Origin: Lama guanicoe
Taxonomy: Eukaryota
Direction of reading: 5' to 3'
NCBI GenBank assembly: GCA_013239625.1
Contig: MU054400.1
Location: 3,355,032 to 3,419,031 of the forward strand
Length of the DNA: 64,000 nt
Below, one piece after another: positions 1 to 10,914 of this stretch (the stretch's first letter is position 1; each line of letters begins with the position of its first letter). A program made the position numbers and the translations under genes. The notes under the pieces are model-generated. The model did not search any database. It was not told where the DNA came from and worked only from the letters and a program-made list of their open reading frames with translations.

Positions 1-632
1 CAACAAGGACCTATTGCAGAAGGTTAAGAAGGGATTCTTGGAAGAGCTCAGATTTTGGTTTGAAAGCTAAGCAGAGTGTTTCAGGAAGCCAATTCAGGGG
101 AAGAGGTGGGGGCAGCCAGACAGGGGGCCATCTCAGCAGTGGATGAGGGTGTGGAAGCCAGCGTGCTACAGAGCCTTTGCTCTGGAATTTTATTTTGTTC
201 TGACGGTAGAAGGTAGTGGAGAGGAGGCAGAGGTGACGCTGAGCAGTCTGTGAAGGCTCTGGATGGGGAATATCAGTTACCTATGGCCACAGTGATGCAG
301 CTTCAGCCTCCATCCACTCATCATTTCTCGCAAGTCCCTGGGTCCTCTGGGGGGCCGTGCATGTGAGCAGACCCAGCTGACTTAGCTGGCTTCTCGTGCA
401 TCTGCTGTCAGACAGCAGGTGGTCTGTGGGATGGTTGGTCCAGATCGGCCTCAGCTGCGAGGTCTTGGCTCTCCCCCACGTGTCTCTCACATCCTTCCAG
501 GGACCTATCTGGGGTGTGTTCTCTCAGTACAGCAGGGGTCAAAAGAGAAGCAGCAGATATTTACAAGCACTTTTCAACCTACCACTTGCGTGAAGATGAC
601 CGCCATCCCACTGGCGGAGGCAAGTTATATGG

Positions 633-1020
633 TGTCTCAGTTTGCCAGGGCGGCCGTAACAAAGTACCTCAGACTGGGTGTCTTACACAACAGAAATGTC
701 TTTCCTCACAATTCTGGAGGCTAGGAGTCCAAGATCAAAGTGTTGGCCTGCTTGGCTTCTCTAGAGTCTCTCTCCTTGGTTGTAGATGGCCATCGTCCCC
801 CTGTGTCTCCACACGGTCTTCCCTCTGTACGTGTCTGTGTCCTATTAATCTCTTCTTTTCATCAGGACACCAGTCATATCAGATTCGGGCCCACCCTAAT
901 GATCTCATTTTAACTTAACTCTTTAAAGGTCCTTTCTCCTAATAAATTCATATTCTGAGGTACTGGGGGGCTAAGACTTCAACATATGGATTTGGAGAGG
1001 ACACAGTTCAGTCCATAACA
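633..1020 (-). mobile_element. MaLR solo LTR (MLT1B/C-like)
   Basis: tgtctcagtttgccagggc...aacagaaatgtctttcctcacaattctggaggctagg...cagttcagtccataaca, typical MLT1 termini. Confidence 0.85.
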
Positions 1021-1289
1021 CACAGCCCAGTCCAGAGTCGTTGGGAAGAGGGGTACCAAAGGGCATGGTCCCTGGAAAGCATCAATCTACCACACCAGGA
1101 ATTGAGGATTTTTATTTAGATTCATTACATGATTGGAAGTCTGCAGATTTTTAACTGGGCAGTCTAATAATAGTAAATAGCATTTAAAGAAATTATAGTT
1201 CCAAATAGATTTCTTGCTAAAACACAACGTTGATTTACAGAATTTTAATAAAAGTGGATTCTTAATGTCATGGCTTTGATCCAGCATAC

Positions 1290-1540
1290 TGATTTCAGTT
1301 GTCTATTGCAAAGTGGTCCAAAACCTAGTGGCTTAAACAACCATTTGTTAGATTTTGTGATTTTATAGATCAGGAGCTTGGACCAGACTAAGCTAGGCAC
1401 CTCAGAGCACCCAGAGAGAGCATTCCAAGAGAGAGACAATAGAAGCTGGCAGTCTTTTGAGGACTGGGCCTGGAAATAAGCACAGAGAGCCTTCCACTCT
1501 GCTCTATGGGTCAAAGCAGCCATCTTTGTGTTCTTCACTG
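1290..1540 (-). mobile_element. Degenerate MLT1-type LTR fragment
   Basis: tcagttgtctattgc...aaaacctagtggcttaaacaacc...gatcaggagcttgg resembles older MLT1 LTRs. Confidence 0.55.
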
Positions 1541-1850
1541 CTACCAGCAGCAGTGGGCTCCAGACCCACTGGAAAGGAGTGGAAAGAATGAAGGGGGGTG
1601 ACCTTCTGGCCCTGTCGTCTTGGTGTTGTCATCCTACTCGGTCCCTCCAACAAAGAGTGAGGGGCCCAGGAGAGCAGTGAGCCTACCCTCTGCCCCACGA
1701 GAGCCTGGGGGTGGGACCGGGCCCCCGGAAGTCTTCCTCTTTCCACTCTCTCCTCTCAAAAGTGCTCACTTTCTCAGAACGCCCTCATCACTCTTCCCCT
1801 GCTCAAAAGAGAGGGGCAGTTCGTCTTCCCGATTCACACACTAGAACTTA

Positions 1851-2280
1851 CGTCTTGGGTGGGGTTCCCCCAAAGCAGATGCTGAGATAAGGGTTCAAGT
1901 GCAAGGAGTGAACTTGGGCAGTGATCCAGGGGTGGAGCGGGAAGGGGGAGGAAGCCAAGAGCAGATGACCAACCAGCAGATCACCATGATGGACAACCGG
2001 GGCTCACTCTTGCTGGGACCTCTGCAGATGCTGCAGAGCGAACCTCACAGGTGGTCCATCCACGGGCTGGAAGCCGGGAATATTGACCTTCCAGCCCCAT
2101 CCATCAAGGCTGAGGACTGCTCCCGGGGCAGCCGCCCTATGCACGGGCCTAGCAGCCAGAGATGGCCTTGGGCAGACCCACAGGTGCTCCCATAGGAAGC
2201 TGCCAGCATGTGCAGGGTGGGAACAGTAAGTGTTCATGCGACAAGGATGGGGCACCAGCGGCAGATGATGTCTACTGCAC
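1851..2280 (-). mobile_element. ERVL-class LTR remnant (LTR16/LTR33-like)
   Basis: gtcttgggtggggttcccccaaagcagatgctgagataagggttcaagtgcaagg is a recurrent ERVL-LTR terminus. Subfamily is uncertain. Confidence 0.55.
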
Positions 2281-2554
2281 ACTCATATCCAGTGACCCAG
2301 ATCCTGGCCATTTTTGCCAGGTACATACCTGAGATAATTTTATCAAAGAAGAAAAAAAAATCAAAATTTAAATGCAGTAGGTGTCTTCAGCAAAATTAAA
2401 TACAATGAAATAAGTTCAAACAGTACAGTGTGCACTCAAAAATAAAAGTCACTCTCACCTCTGTCCCTGTACCCCATTCCACAGAGGTATCCACTCTCTT
2501 AACTGCTTCTGTTTTAAGTGACTGGTTACAATCATCCTTCTAAATCACATACTT

Positions 2555-3338
2555 AGACAAGATCCTCATTATCCAAGGACAATTGGCACCAGAAAAAAAA
2601 AAAAAGCCACTTAAAGTGAATCCATTTAAAACAGAGCTCAAAATTTCACGGTAAATGGTGATTAGGAGATTATCTTGAAAGCTGAAACTAAAATGATAAG
2701 AAAAAAATGTATTTTTATTTAATTAAACTTTTACAATAATGGCAATTGTGCACTAATTCTTAGAATGAATAAAGACGAAATCAAGCATTTAAAGGGTTTG
2801 GGGAGTAATTTTATAGACCAAATTATACAACAGCAGGATGCGACATCCTTCGTCTCCTATTTGACTTCCACAGTTCAATCAGAGAATGGCCGTTTTTGCA
2901 AAGAGCATTTGAAGACTTCATAAATACCAAGGACTTCTCTTGATTGTGTGATGTTCAAATACGCTTCCTCTGAAGGGCTGCACTATTGTCATCCTGCCCA
3001 GGTTTTCTCTTCTCAGTGATTAACCAGCCCCACTCCCCAGGCCCTCATTTGTCCCTGGCTTTGAATGTGATTCACACAGCTGCCCTGTATCGCTTTAGCG
3101 TTTACATAAACTCCTACATCTTACTGAAGCTTTGCAACTGACTGAATTAAGAATGTAACAGGCACAGAGAACTGCAGGTGTCCATGAGGGAAGATGTCTG
3201 AGTGGGAACTAATTTTACTAATATTCATATAATTGAATTGAATACATGCACACTTTGACAACTTTTGATTCTCTACACAACCCCATAACTACAGAGACCA
3301 GCGTAATGAATATTCAGATAACAGGGGCCAGTGTACTG
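2555..3338. mobile_element. Possible old Tigger/pogo-type DNA transposon remnant
   Basis: Ends resemble degenerate Tigger TIRs (cctcattatcc ... cagataacaggggccagtgtactg) around an AT-rich interior. Confidence 0.35.
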
Positions 3339-4249
3339 CCATTTCTTAATTTACCAACTTTGGACAATATTCATTGACATTTCCACCATGAAAGATGGGA
3401 AATTACTGCCCTTAACTCGCCTGCTACATCTCCACTCTCTGTACCTCTTGATTTTTTTTTTTGTAAAATTTTCTTCATTCTTCTAGGTTTGCTTTTATAT
3501 TTTTTAGATATACTTAAACTTCTGTTTCCTGATCCAGAAACACTAACCTCCATTTCTTGACTCTGTCCCTGGGAACCACAGTCTGAAGCCACCAGCAGAG
3601 CGAGCCCAGCGGACCTGAGAGCACGGAACACGTGGAGAAAGCCACGTCCCCGAGCCCGGCAGGGCCCTACTGCCTTCGGAGGCTGTTAAAATCAAACTTG
3701 ATTCAGTCTGTGTCTCTCGATCTGTTCTGTTCTCAGTTTCATGGGGAAGCGGAGGTAGCTGACTCTGCCAAAAACACACATCCACGTGCAGCAGAGAAAA
3801 GCATCTCTGATGTAATAATCTATTACAAAAGTAGGAGCTAAAAAAAAATACATAAATCATTTAAAAAGTAGGAGCTAATGTCGATGATACTTTTCAAACC
3901 GATGTATCTATCCTGTCAAGTGAATTAAATCTAAAATCTAAAAGAGCAGTAACCTCTGGGGCAGCAGTTTCCACACCTGGTAACACAGCCTGACCACCTG
4001 AGAGCCTGATTTCCCAGCCCCACTTCTGGCCTCTTGGGGGTGGGCTGGGGAATCGGGGTTTTTAAATTAGGAACCCCTAGTTTGTGATCCTTCTGGAGCC
4101 ACTGCAGCCCAGGGCCTCGGAAGGGGACTTTGGGACAACTTCTCTGGAGGTTATCAGTCACCCTGGCTAAGCCACGAGCTCTGGTTGTGGGAGAAAGAGC
4201 GGGGAGAAAGGGGGAAAGACAACAGACGGGCGCCTCTCCATGCCCAGCG

Positions 4250-4420
4250 CTGGGCCAGGCCCTCCCCAGACACTGTCCCTTTTCATCCCCATAGAACCTC
4301 TGCGAAGTGTAAATAGTCCCATTTTACAGATAAGAAAACTGATGCTCAAAGAGTTCAGGTAAGTTACCCGGGTACTTTAGCTTGTAAATGGAAAAACCAA
4401 GATGGAACCCATGTGACTTG
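4250..4420 (-). mobile_element. MIR SINE
   Basis: cccattttacagataagaaaactgatgctcaaagagttcaggtaagttacc, the MIR core. Confidence 0.8.
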
Positions 4421-4460
4421 ATTAAGCAAGACCCTTTCAGGGACAAAGTGGGGATGAGGA

Positions 4461-4797
4461 TGTGACGGGCTCAATTCTGTCCCCTCAAATTTCATATATC
4501 GAATCCCTAACCCTTAGTACCTCAATAGGTGACTATACTTGGAAACAGGATATTTAAAACAGTAATTCAGGTTAAACAAAGTCATAAGGGTGGGGTCCCA
4601 ATCCAGTAGGACTGGTGTGTTCTTACCAGGTATGTCCCATACAGAGGGAAGCCCATCTGAGGACATAGGGAGAAGATGAGGTGGGACATCCAGCTTCCAG
4701 AGCTGTGAAAAAATAAGTATCATGAAAAAATAAATAATATTGTTTAAGCCACCTGGTCTGTGGTATTTCGTGATGGAAGCCCTAGCAAACTGATACG
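4461..4797 (+). mobile_element. MaLR solo LTR (MLT1B/C-like)
   Basis: tgtgacgggctcaattctgtcccctcaaa...tttaagccacctggtctgtggtatttcg...agccctagcaaactgatac, flanked by gagga/gaggg (near 5-bp TSD). Confidence 0.85.
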
Positions 4798-5757
4798 GAG
4801 GGAAAGCAGAAAATGAAAGGAGGAAGAAGAGAAGAAAAAAATCAAACAAAGGGGAACAGAACAAGTAAGGAGAAAGTGTTCATTCTTGCGTGCACTGGGG
4901 ATCTGGGCTAAGAGCTTGCATATCACGAATCCGTGGAAGTGCAGTGAACAAAGCTTGGAGGGAACATCTTTTAACCAGACATGGATGCTTCTAGAATGTG
5001 CCACACCTGGACACAGGCTCTACTCACACGTCCCTGTCCGTCCTGAGCATCCACTGACCTCCAACAAGGAATGGCCTTTGCCTCATCACCTCCTGCACTC
5101 AGACATGACACGATGCCCGCAAAGGGAGGCATCAGGAGGAAATTGTACTGAATTCCGACTAAACAGTCAGATGCTGGTTTTCAAATACGTTTTCAAGTTC
5201 ATTGTAAAGGGATGGTTCAGATCTGCGTGTTTTTCCTAACTTGGGAGGCCTGTTCTTTGGTTTCCCCACCCTCACTGCTTCTACTTCTGACTTCAAAGGT
5301 CCAGAGAGGTTTAAAGCAGTGAATTGAAGACAAGCAGCTTTGTCTCCATCAAAAGTGGGTTCCACAAAGCCGCAGCCGCCCTTCCCCGCAGAGCCTGCTG
5401 ATTGCTCCACGTTCACGGTTAACAGCATGTCAGCTGGGGAGGCGTCCGCCCTGGGGGGCCGAGGCACCTGCCAAGGTGTGTTCACAGCAGATGCTTCGAT
5501 CCTGCTTTAATGTCATTTAATCATCAGGGGAAGTGGAGCTTGAAAGAGATTCTCTCTGAAGATACAAAGGGCTAAACGCCCAACACTAGTAGCTGAGAAA
5601 GCAGTGTCTTCAAAGATGGGATAAATTCATGACCACAGGCAAGTGTTGTCAGTGCTGGGGAAAGGCAGGGTTTTTGTTTGTTTGTTTGTTTGTTTTTACT
5701 TTGCATTAGAGATTTGGAGAAAATAGATGGGACAGTTTGTTTGGATTTTGTTTGTTT

Positions 5758-6077
5758 GGGCTTATAAAAAACAGAAATTCATTTCTCCCAGTTCGAAGGC
5801 TGGAAGTCCAAGATCAGGGTGCCAGTATGGTCAGGTGCTGGTGAGAACCCTCTTCGGGGCGGTAGCGCCAACTTCCCATGGTGCCCTCACATGGGGGAAG
5901 GGGTCGGGGAGCCCCCTGGGGTCTCCCTTATAAAAGCACTAGTCCCAGATGGGAGGGCTCCCTCCTTGTGACCTAGTCACCCCCCAAAGGCCCTGCTTCT
6001 AATACCAAACACGTTGTGGGGGGTGGTTAGGATTTCAACATGTGAATTCGGGGAGGGGACACAAACAGCCCATAGCA
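5758..6077 (-). mobile_element. MaLR LTR (MLT1A0-like)
   Basis: ggcttataaaaaacagaaattcatttctc...ggctggaagtccaagatcagggtgccag...gacacaaacagcccatagca. Confidence 0.8.
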
Positions 6078-7249
6078 CAAGTGACCAGGGAAGCCTCCTG
6101 TGAGGTGTTTAAGCTGAGATCTTCAATGAAGTGGGACTTCTGTGGTTGCAGTTCTTAGAAATCCAACTTGGAGTCACAGGCACACACACACCCCCTGAGA
6201 GGACTGACTGACTTGCCGAGTGAGAAGGCCGAGGAGTGGCTGAATTCAGGCATGGCTGAACTTGGGGCACGGGGCATTTTTCGGGTTATCAGTTTGGGTT
6301 TGGCTTTCCCAGTGTTTTTTTTTTTCCCCCCGCTGAGAACCAGGAAGGCAGCCATGTCTTCCTTGTTGCCTGACTTCAGAGAGGGTCAAGCTCAGGACCT
6401 CCATTAAAAAAAAAGAGGGGGGACGGGGGAAGGGAACTGGATGGCAGCACTTCATGGGGAGAAGAGCATTGCATATGGGAGACAGTATTAAGATCATCTT
6501 TGGAAACTAGGATCTGCCCCCATATGTCAAAGTCAAATAAAAGCTCTGGCTATTGGCCAAGCATGGCCACACTCTCCCCACCTTGTCCCTTGTCCCCGCC
6601 TGTCTAAATCTGACCCATCTTTCAAGGCCCACCACCAATGCTGCCTCCTCCAGGAAGCCAGCATCCCTGATGAAAGTTAGCTCATCCTCCTCCCCACTGC
6701 CCACGCTATAGCTGTTCTTCTCGGATCCCTACCCTCTTCCCCCTTGCACCCCAGGCATCTGGGTCTGCCCTGGCTCATGCCCCCCACCTCCCAGTGGCCC
6801 TTCCATGTCTGGGAATGGGCCTGATCCACAGTAGACTCAAACCCCATAAGTTTTCCAAGAACTCAATGTGTGGGGCCAGTGTCATGAGAACACCGTGTGC
6901 TGGGCATATGTCTGTTGACGAAACTTGTCTCTGGAAAGTTTAGCAGCCTTTGAACGCAACCCAGCCCTGGCCCAGGCCCAGCTGGCAAGCTCTGGAGCAC
7001 AGGCTGGACAAGCTGGACACTGTCACTGACACTATCCAGGCCCACGTTCCTGCCCGTGGCTCCTTTAATAGGATGCTCTGTAACAAGGCTCCCCAAGGCC
7101 AGCGGACATCACCTCAGGGCTGCACGGGCCAGGCTAGCACACACAGCTCTTGGCTGTACAAATTCCAGGGTCCTGGGGAGTCTCGGGTCAGTCTGAGATG
7201 TCTGTTCCTTCTGGGATGGCACTCGTGGGGAGACAGGCTGCTCCATCTT

Positions 7250-7367
7250 GTTTTTCTCCAGCTTTATTGAGCTATAATTGACAAAATTGTAAGATATTTG
7301 AAGTGTACACCTTGAGGATTTGATACATGTATACACCATGAAAGGATTCCTCCCATCTAGTTAATTC
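7250..7367 (-). mobile_element. Short L1 3' end
   Basis: gctttattgagctataattgacaaaattgtaagatatttgaagtgtacac is an antisense L1 tail. Flanked by gctccatctt (7240-7249) and gctccgtctt (7368-7377), a near-TSD. Confidence 0.75.
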
Positions 7368-7383
7368 GCTCCGTCTTCTTGAT

Positions 7384-8022
7384 CAAGTTCTGCGAATTAC
7401 ACCTAGGCGCCAAATCCAGCCCACTGCCTGCTTTGGTAAATAAAACTTTCCTGGATAGTCACACTAAGTGAAGTAAGCCAGAAAGAGGAAAACAAACACA
7501 ATATGATATCACTTATACGTGCAATCGTAAAAAAAAAATAAAGACACAAATGAACTTATTTACAAAACAGAAACACTCACAGACATAGAAAACAAACTTA
7601 TGGTTACCAGGGGGAAAGGGAGTGGGGGGGATAAATTGGGAGTTCCAGATTTGTAGATACTAACTACTATATATAAAATAGGTAAACAAAAGGTCCCACT
7701 GTACAGCACAGGGAACTATATTCAGTATCTTATAACAGCCTATAATGAAAGAGAATATGAAAAGGAATATATGTGTATATGTATAAATGAATCACTATTC
7801 TGTACAGCAGAAATTAACACATTGTAAATCGACTACACTTCAATAAAAAATTAAAATAAAATAGTTTTCTTGGAATCCAGCCACTCCCGTTCATTGCATT
7901 TTGTCTGTAGCTGCTTTCCCACCACAGTGGCAGACTTGAGTGGTGTGACAGAGATCACGAGGCCCTCAAAGCCAAAAATATTTACTCTCTGGCGCTTTAC
8001 AGAAAACATTTGCAAACCCCTG
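7384..8022 (+). mobile_element. MER58A-like hAT MITE, split by an L1 insertion
   Basis: ccaaatccagcccactgcctgctttggtaaataaaac ... gacagagatcacgaggccctcaaagccaaaaatatttactctctggcgctttacagaaaacatttgcaaacccctg. Confidence 0.8.
7457..7862 (+). mobile_element. 5'-truncated L1 (cetartiodactyl-type 3' UTR with A tail)
   Basis: ctaagtgaagtaagccagaaagagg...aacttatggttaccaggggg...ctgtacagcacagggaactatattcagtatctt...cttcaataaaaaattaaaataaa. Confidence 0.9.
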
Positions 8023-8829
8023 CTCTAGACCTCAGGGATGCCCTCCAGGGCACCGGGAGGAAAACGCCAGCGGGCATGTCCCACCTTCCATTCCACCTAC
8101 AGCACTGGCCTGGAGCTCAGACAGGGAGGGAAAGGCTCCAGAAAGTCCACGGGGGAGGGCCCCACACAATGGGTCAAAGGCACAGCAAGAAAGAGACTCG
8201 TGGGCCACCAGGCCACCCCGCCTCAGCTTCTCCCGCCTCCTGCCATTGAGGTGGGCAAGCCCCCTTCCCCTGCTTTAGTGAGAGCTGGGATTGGAGTCAT
8301 ATGAAAGGAAAACCCAGAAAAACAACAGCAAAAAAAGAGGTTTAGGGTCCATCAAGAGCTGAGGCGTGCACCTGTGTGCACACCGAAGGCCTTGCTGCGG
8401 ATGGAAGGAAAGCTCGGCTCCAATCAGCCCAGCGGGAATGGCCCGGGTTCAGACCCACCGCCCCTTCCCAATGCCAGGCTGGGGCACAGTGGCCGACTGG
8501 CCCTGAAAGTGGGGTCCACTATACAAGGTCATGGTTCCCTGGGGTCCTTTCTCACCCCGAATCACAGGGGCCACCATCATCCCAGGATCCTTCTATGGGA
8601 CCAGGAGACCCATCCTTCCTCATCACAGTGACCCACCTGCCAGGTGAGGCTCTACAAAAGGACACTGTACACTCAGCCATCCACAGGAGACAGATGGAGA
8701 CACTCCCCAGAGCCCAAGGATGCTCAGATGCTTTCCTTTTCAGGCGACCAACTTGTAGGCTTTTCCCTACGGAAGGAAGCTTGCCGAATTCTAGTCCGTG
8801 AGACTTTCCAAAGAATGAGTTCCAAGAGT

Positions 8830-8950
8830 GAATCTGTCACGTGCCAGCTTTGTAACTGCCAGCAAAGTACTTAAACATCCTGAGCCTCATTTTTCTTTCC
8901 TGGAAACGGGATGGTAATACCACCTGGGATGGTTAAATGACACAGATGAG
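8830..8950 (+). mobile_element. MIR fragment
   Basis: caaagtacttaaacatcctgagcctcatttttctttcctggaaacgggatggtaatacc. Confidence 0.65.
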
Positions 8951-9379
8951 GCCCTCGCTGGAGGACGGGTGCACAGGATGAATGAGGGCTTAGAACAAAG
9001 GGAAGAGATGCCACGGATGTGACAGGACACGTTCCAGTCCCTCACAGGGGAATATCCTGATTTCTCCCTTTCATCCTATTTCACCCAATTTGCCCTTATT
9101 TATCCTCACAGAAAATTTTCTCCTTTTATTGCATTCTCAAGGCAATAAAGAATAGAGGATATACTTATAAATTAAATTTCTATTTGGTTCATTGAACTAC
9201 ATTGAAATATAAAATTTGATGGGAATGTCCGACATCCTTGCTTCGTTTCTTTCTTACCCCAGACCAAAATTAGCCCGCATACGTGGAGCCAAATTTACTC
9301 ATGAACATATGTATATGTGCCTGGTTTGCATAAGAATGTAACTAAATACAGTTTTTCAGATGTTAGCATTAAATGTCCA

Positions 9380-9500
9380 ATGACCAGGATTCAAGTCTTT
9401 GCTCTACCGCAACCATCTCCTGTAACCTTCAGAGAGTCACTTGACCACTATGGGCCTCAGTTTCCCCATCTGCAATGTGAGGGCTATGGACTAGATTCTA
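9380..9500 (+). mobile_element. MIR fragment
   Basis: agtcacttgaccactatgggcctcagtttccccatctgcaatgtgagg. Confidence 0.7.
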
Positions 9501-9654
9501 TTATGTCTGTCTGTATGGTAGGATACACAATGTGAGAAAAGATCTGGACGAAAGTATCTAAAGTCTCTTCTGATTTGGAGCCCATCGGCCATTGGCAAGT
9601 CAATGCTAGCAGGCTCCCGGAAATTACAAACGAATTTTTTTTTGGACCAAAATT

Positions 9655-9814
9655 TATTTTATTTAATTTTTTTTCTTGTATATATATATATTATTGAAGT
9701 ATAGTCAGTTTACAATGTCATGTCAATTTCTGCTGTACACAGTGCTTCAGTCACATAGGAACATACGTATATTCATTTTCATAGTCTTCTTCACCATAAG
9801 TTACTACAAGATAT
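9655..9814 (-). mobile_element. Short L1 3' end (cetartiodactyl-type)
   Basis: T-rich tail then ttattgaagtatagtcagtttacaatgtcatgtcaatttctgctgtacacag...ccataagttactacaagatat. Confidence 0.8.
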
Positions 9815-10346
9815 AGAAGTTTTAGTTTGATTTCTTCTTCTGTCCTCCTCGCTTTTGCCCTGTCCCCTCGTCATGCAAACTTCCCCTATGGATTAGCCCT
9901 CAGTCATCCTTCCAAAGAAAAGACCTCTGAAAAGAATCTGTGAAATCCCTGATTATCTGAATTCCTCATTCTGTGGGTGTTGGGCATCTTCAGGACACAC
10001 GCCAAGAACCGGGACTCTCAGAAGTGATCAGCTGTCCGGCATGGAGCCAAATGTATGTATATGTGTCTGGTAAATATATGTATATGCCCTTGGTGTGCAT
10101 AAGGAGGTAGCAAGGTAAAAAGGAACGACTCTGAAGGCATCCTGAACGTCGTCTACGGCAACTTCCACAAGCCGCTGGACGAAGTGGCTTAGTGTCCAGT
10201 CCCCAGTCAGTAGGTCTAGTCCAAGGGCCTCAAGTCCTTGGTCTGGGGGGTCCAAGAGCATGGCCATCTCTCAGGAGCAGCTCGGGGGACGCAGGAGAGC
10301 TCGGCAGCCGTGGGGAGGGGCCCCAGCAGCCGGGCCAGCCCTCCTG

Positions 10347-10376
10347 CTGACGTTCCCATGGCAACAGCCCCGCCCC
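10347..10376. promoter_or_regulatory. Candidate promoter/enhancer module: CRE half-site, RFX X-box and GC box
   Basis: CTGACGTTCCCATGGCAACAGCCCCGCCCC contains TGACGT, GTTCCCATGGCAAC (10352-10365) and CCCCGCCCC, within a GC/CpG-rich patch (~10260-10560). Confidence 0.5.
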
Positions 10377-10661
10377 CGAAGCCCCCACCCCCTCCACTCA
10401 CTGTCCTCCCTTTGCAGTTGGCTCCCAGCCAGGGGGCGGAGCCTAACCCGAAGCCAAGCCCTCCTCTCGGCCTCTCCGGAGCCCTTCTCCCCTCCCGTCC
10501 GCCTTCCACGCTCCTCATCGGTGGTCTCTGAATGTCGTGAAGGATCTCCTCGCCCGCTGTTTAAACGTACTTGCTGGGAGCTTGAAACGTACCCTTTGGC
10601 ACTTGACATTCAGACTCAGCCTACCCTTCCCAGGGTTATTTTTATGATATAAATGCCTTCC

Positions 10662-10845
10662 CCACCATACACACACCCGCAAACACACAAAGTCAGAAAC
10701 ACGCACTCATACACGCACAAACCCACATTCATATACACACACAGACACACCCTAACTACACAAACACAAAGTCACAAGCACACACACACATAACACAAAC
10801 AAGTACATGCAAACACACACACTTACACACACACACACACACACA
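10662..10845. repeat. (CA)n-rich degenerate microsatellite
   Basis: Interrupted CA/ACAC runs ending in about (AC)10. Confidence 0.9.
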
Positions 10846-10914
10846 GGAGAGTCACCATTTGCTGAATAAATCCTCCTTGGGTTTGCACAACGGTGTTCTC
10901 GTTCTGGTTTTCCC

